Assembly (NCBI GenBank): GCA_964035545.1
Contig: OZ037768.1
Coordinates: forward strand, 20,319,700 to 20,383,699
Direction of reading: 5' to 3'
Origin: Bugula neritina
Lineage: Eukaryota; Animalia; Bryozoa
DNA: 64,000 nucleotides
Made by a program: the position numbers and the translations under genes. How positions within the stretch are numbered: the stretch's first letter is position 1; each line of letters starts with the position of its first letter. The notes under the pieces are model-generated. The model saw only the letters and a list, made by a program, of their open reading frames with translations, was not told the origin of the DNA and ran no database searches. Positions 51,201-64,000 of the stretch are shown piece after piece.

Positions 51201-53211
51201 CAGTAGTTCCTGAGAGCACACAGGTGGTGTCAAGTAGAGTGAAGAGGACTATACTATACTAGTTGCTCACTTCCTTAACTCAGTAGCTTCAATGACTGAC
51301 ACTACTAACTTACTCTGCAACTGAACAAGGAAAGGAAATAATTAGCCTGATAGCTTTCCTACCGTCCTCAACCGTTACAGCATTGGTAGTTGTTGAACCT
51401 CAGCAATGACTGAATTGTAATAACTGTATTTATAACATTATTTATGTTTCAGGACTATTATCCCATGTTTTGCAGTTCTACTGGTATAACTGAAAGATGT
51501 AGTAGTGAGACTGTTCATGTACTTTTATATATCAGTGATCTTTATAAAAGCAAAATGGTGATAAGGTCATAAGTTTATTACTTATTTTTAAATTAGTAAC
51601 TTCACTCAGTTAATTTCATTCCCATTCTTATTTATCTACTTAGAAAATGTAAAGTTCATAATTTAATTCTGTAGTAGTGGCATCTACTTTCATTTCCTAG
51701 CCCAAGTGCATTTGGTCAGTTTTCTATAACGAAAGCATATTTGCAGATATTTGTTAAAAAGAAATTGGTGTATGCTACGCGGTTGAATATTTTTTCATTC
51801 CAAAAGTATTCTGTAGTTATAAAAATTATAACATGTTACATTTTCTATAAATTTTCAATTATTATTCTATCTCCTACAGTCCCTATCCCTGCTATACAGA
51901 TTAACCACATAGATATAATTATGTAATATTTAGAAAAAGCGCTTTACATTTTATGCCATGTTTTTGATAACCATGAATTGGAATAAAAACTTGGCGTTTT
52001 TGATGTAAACTATTTATTATAGACGCAATGTAGTCATCATAAAAACAACTTGTTATAATATAATATATATACACATAAGCTGTTTCAAAATAAATAAATC
52101 CTTTCCATATAATAAAACAAAATTTGCCTAATTTTCAGAATCATGGATTCCTATCCTTACAGTACAAAATGCATATAAATTTGAGTATAAAATCTGGGAG
52201 CATGCAGCACTGTCACCAAAATACTGTCCAAAGTGTACAAATTACAGTAAAAGATGTACAACAAAATCACTAAATAAAATAAGAGGGTCAGCAGAGCTAG
52301 AATATAGCCTTAGAGATCTGCGTTTCAGCCAATTACACACAACAGACTAAGTGGTGAGCACTTGGTTACAGTCCTGGTAGATCAACAACAGGCCACAATA
52401 GTTAGTGGTGCGATTAATGATATTATGTAAAACAAACTTATAGTTGAATAAAACGTCACACAACATAGGATAGAGGTACCATATTTGTTGCATCCAAGAG
52501 GAGTAACTCCATATTCTCATTTGATGGCCATAATCGAACTATTGATTTCAAGCAAAATGTTGAGCGAAAACCCTCAACGCGAAGTTTGATGTGCAAAAAT
52601 AGCCGAATGAGTGCTTAGTAAGAGTTGGTGTAACGGCCATGCAGTACCTCTATGCTATTCATCACACAACTGCAGTGCGTAGTGAGTGGTAGAACAGCTA
52701 TGTCTATACATTTACTCCCTAATAGTTGTTGGCAACCGTCAGTTCTGCTGGATGACAAAACTTAGAGAAGCTGAGGTTAGAAGCTGACTTGCAGACTGCC
52801 TGCTGCCAGGCAGTCTAGACTAGATAAATAACCTGCTAGAAGCGAAAGAGTAAATCAACCAATGAACAACAGCTATTGTGAATATACAGTCACCTGAACA
52901 CTCAATGAGTGGTACATTTGCCATCTTTGGATTTGCCTGGAGCAGAAAATCAGACCATGTCTAGAAAACACAGATTTGAAAACAGGAGTCAAAAATATTT
53001 GGCCAGTTGCCTGTTCTACATCACTACCACATAATATCAAACACATAAGCTGAATAACTCCAATTAGATTATCAAGATGATTGTATGTTCCATGCAGACT
53101 ACACTCTCACACTTGTCTTGAATGAAGAGTTTACATGCAAGAAACTGAAAGGGAGCCAGAGTCCGGCGTGTAGTGCGCAACACACGCTGGACAGAGGATG
53201 TGATGTCATAA

Positions 53212-63148
<9,937 letters not shown>

Positions 63149-63310
63149 ATCATACGTGGTAGAAGCTTTTCAATTTGAAAATAACCATTAAACTACGTAA
63201 ACTAGTTCAATTTTGTACACCTGTATTAGATTTTCTACCTTTTCAATTCATAACTTGGGGAAATCGTCAAAGACAAATGTCATTGATTGACTCCTACAGT
63301 AGATAATCAG

Positions 63311-63325
63311 AAAGGAAGTGACGTT
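63311..63325. promoter_or_regulatory. ETS/CRE-like composite motif GGAAGTGACGT upstream of S6K
   Basis: aaaggaagtgacgtt in a locally GC/CpG-richer patch ~170 bp upstream of the ATG. Confidence 0.35.
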
Positions 63326-64000
63326 AGACGGTAGTTTGTGCGCGCTCCAATAGTAATGATGCTGGGTGGTATTAATTCGTGGCTCCCATGCTATACGGCC
63401 ACTTTTTCGAGTTATTCTCTCGAAGCAAGAGTTGAAAAGCCAGAATGACAATTAAAATATTTACAATTCTTGTAATAACCTGTCTTCTATAAAAAAAAAA
63501 TAAAAAAAACAATTACTTATGTTGCAGTTCATATCTATTTTTCATGGTAAAAGTTAAGTTCAACTAATTTATGAACGTCGACTACTGTTGCCATGAAGCT
63601 TGTCCAACCTCAGTGCTTGCAATTTTTACTGTTCACAATTAGATGCATTCAAATCAGTGATGGTGCAATTAAATTCAACATTTAAAACTAATATGTTTGT
63701 TGTCATATAGATATTATGCAACAATTGTGATTTGAGAGGTATTCAACCTGCATGGTGTATAGTTTGCACATAATCATCATAACATATTATCTAGGAAATA
63801 TGCATGGAATTTTATAGATTGTAATTGAGATAAAATTAGATGTATACAAATAACAGCACAAAAATTCAATAAAATAATCATCACACATATTTTCTGAGTA
63901 CATACTTGCAATTGATCACTATATCTAGCTAGAATCTACATTAGATGATTCAGAGCTACCTGAATTTTAGCTAATTCTGCGTCAACCTGATTCAATTCAA

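Overview
AT-rich, intron-rich animal (invertebrate-like) genomic DNA; the ORF track shows only exon fragments, so genes were assembled by hand from GT-AG boundaries and phase continuity. In order: (1) a 5'-truncated + strand gene (<2..5891) encoding ankyrin repeats and two caspase-fold modules, a degenerate one then one with intact His/Cys dyad but atypical S1-pocket motifs; (2) a - strand secreted, probably GPI-anchored (TTKP)n mucin-like gene; (3) a ~1.5-1.7 kb-arm inverted duplication of a decayed multi-exon gene; (4) dynein light chain roadblock (DYNLRB, -); (5) a head-to-head pair of intact paralogues with TIR + Cbl-type EF-hand-like + HEAT architecture; (6) a 5'-truncated CR1/L2-like LINE between them; (7) p70 S6 kinase (-). 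In the TIR pair, the + copy has an MGxxxS myristoylation motif and the TIR catalytic Glu, while the - copy has Ser at that position and a shorter BB loop. SINEs, MITEs and tandem repeats are common, and three repeats are built on splice sites. Best candidates for an undescribed system are the active/inactive TIR pair and the single-chain pseudo-caspase/caspase ankyrin protein. Domain calls come from motif recognition by eye, not database searches.
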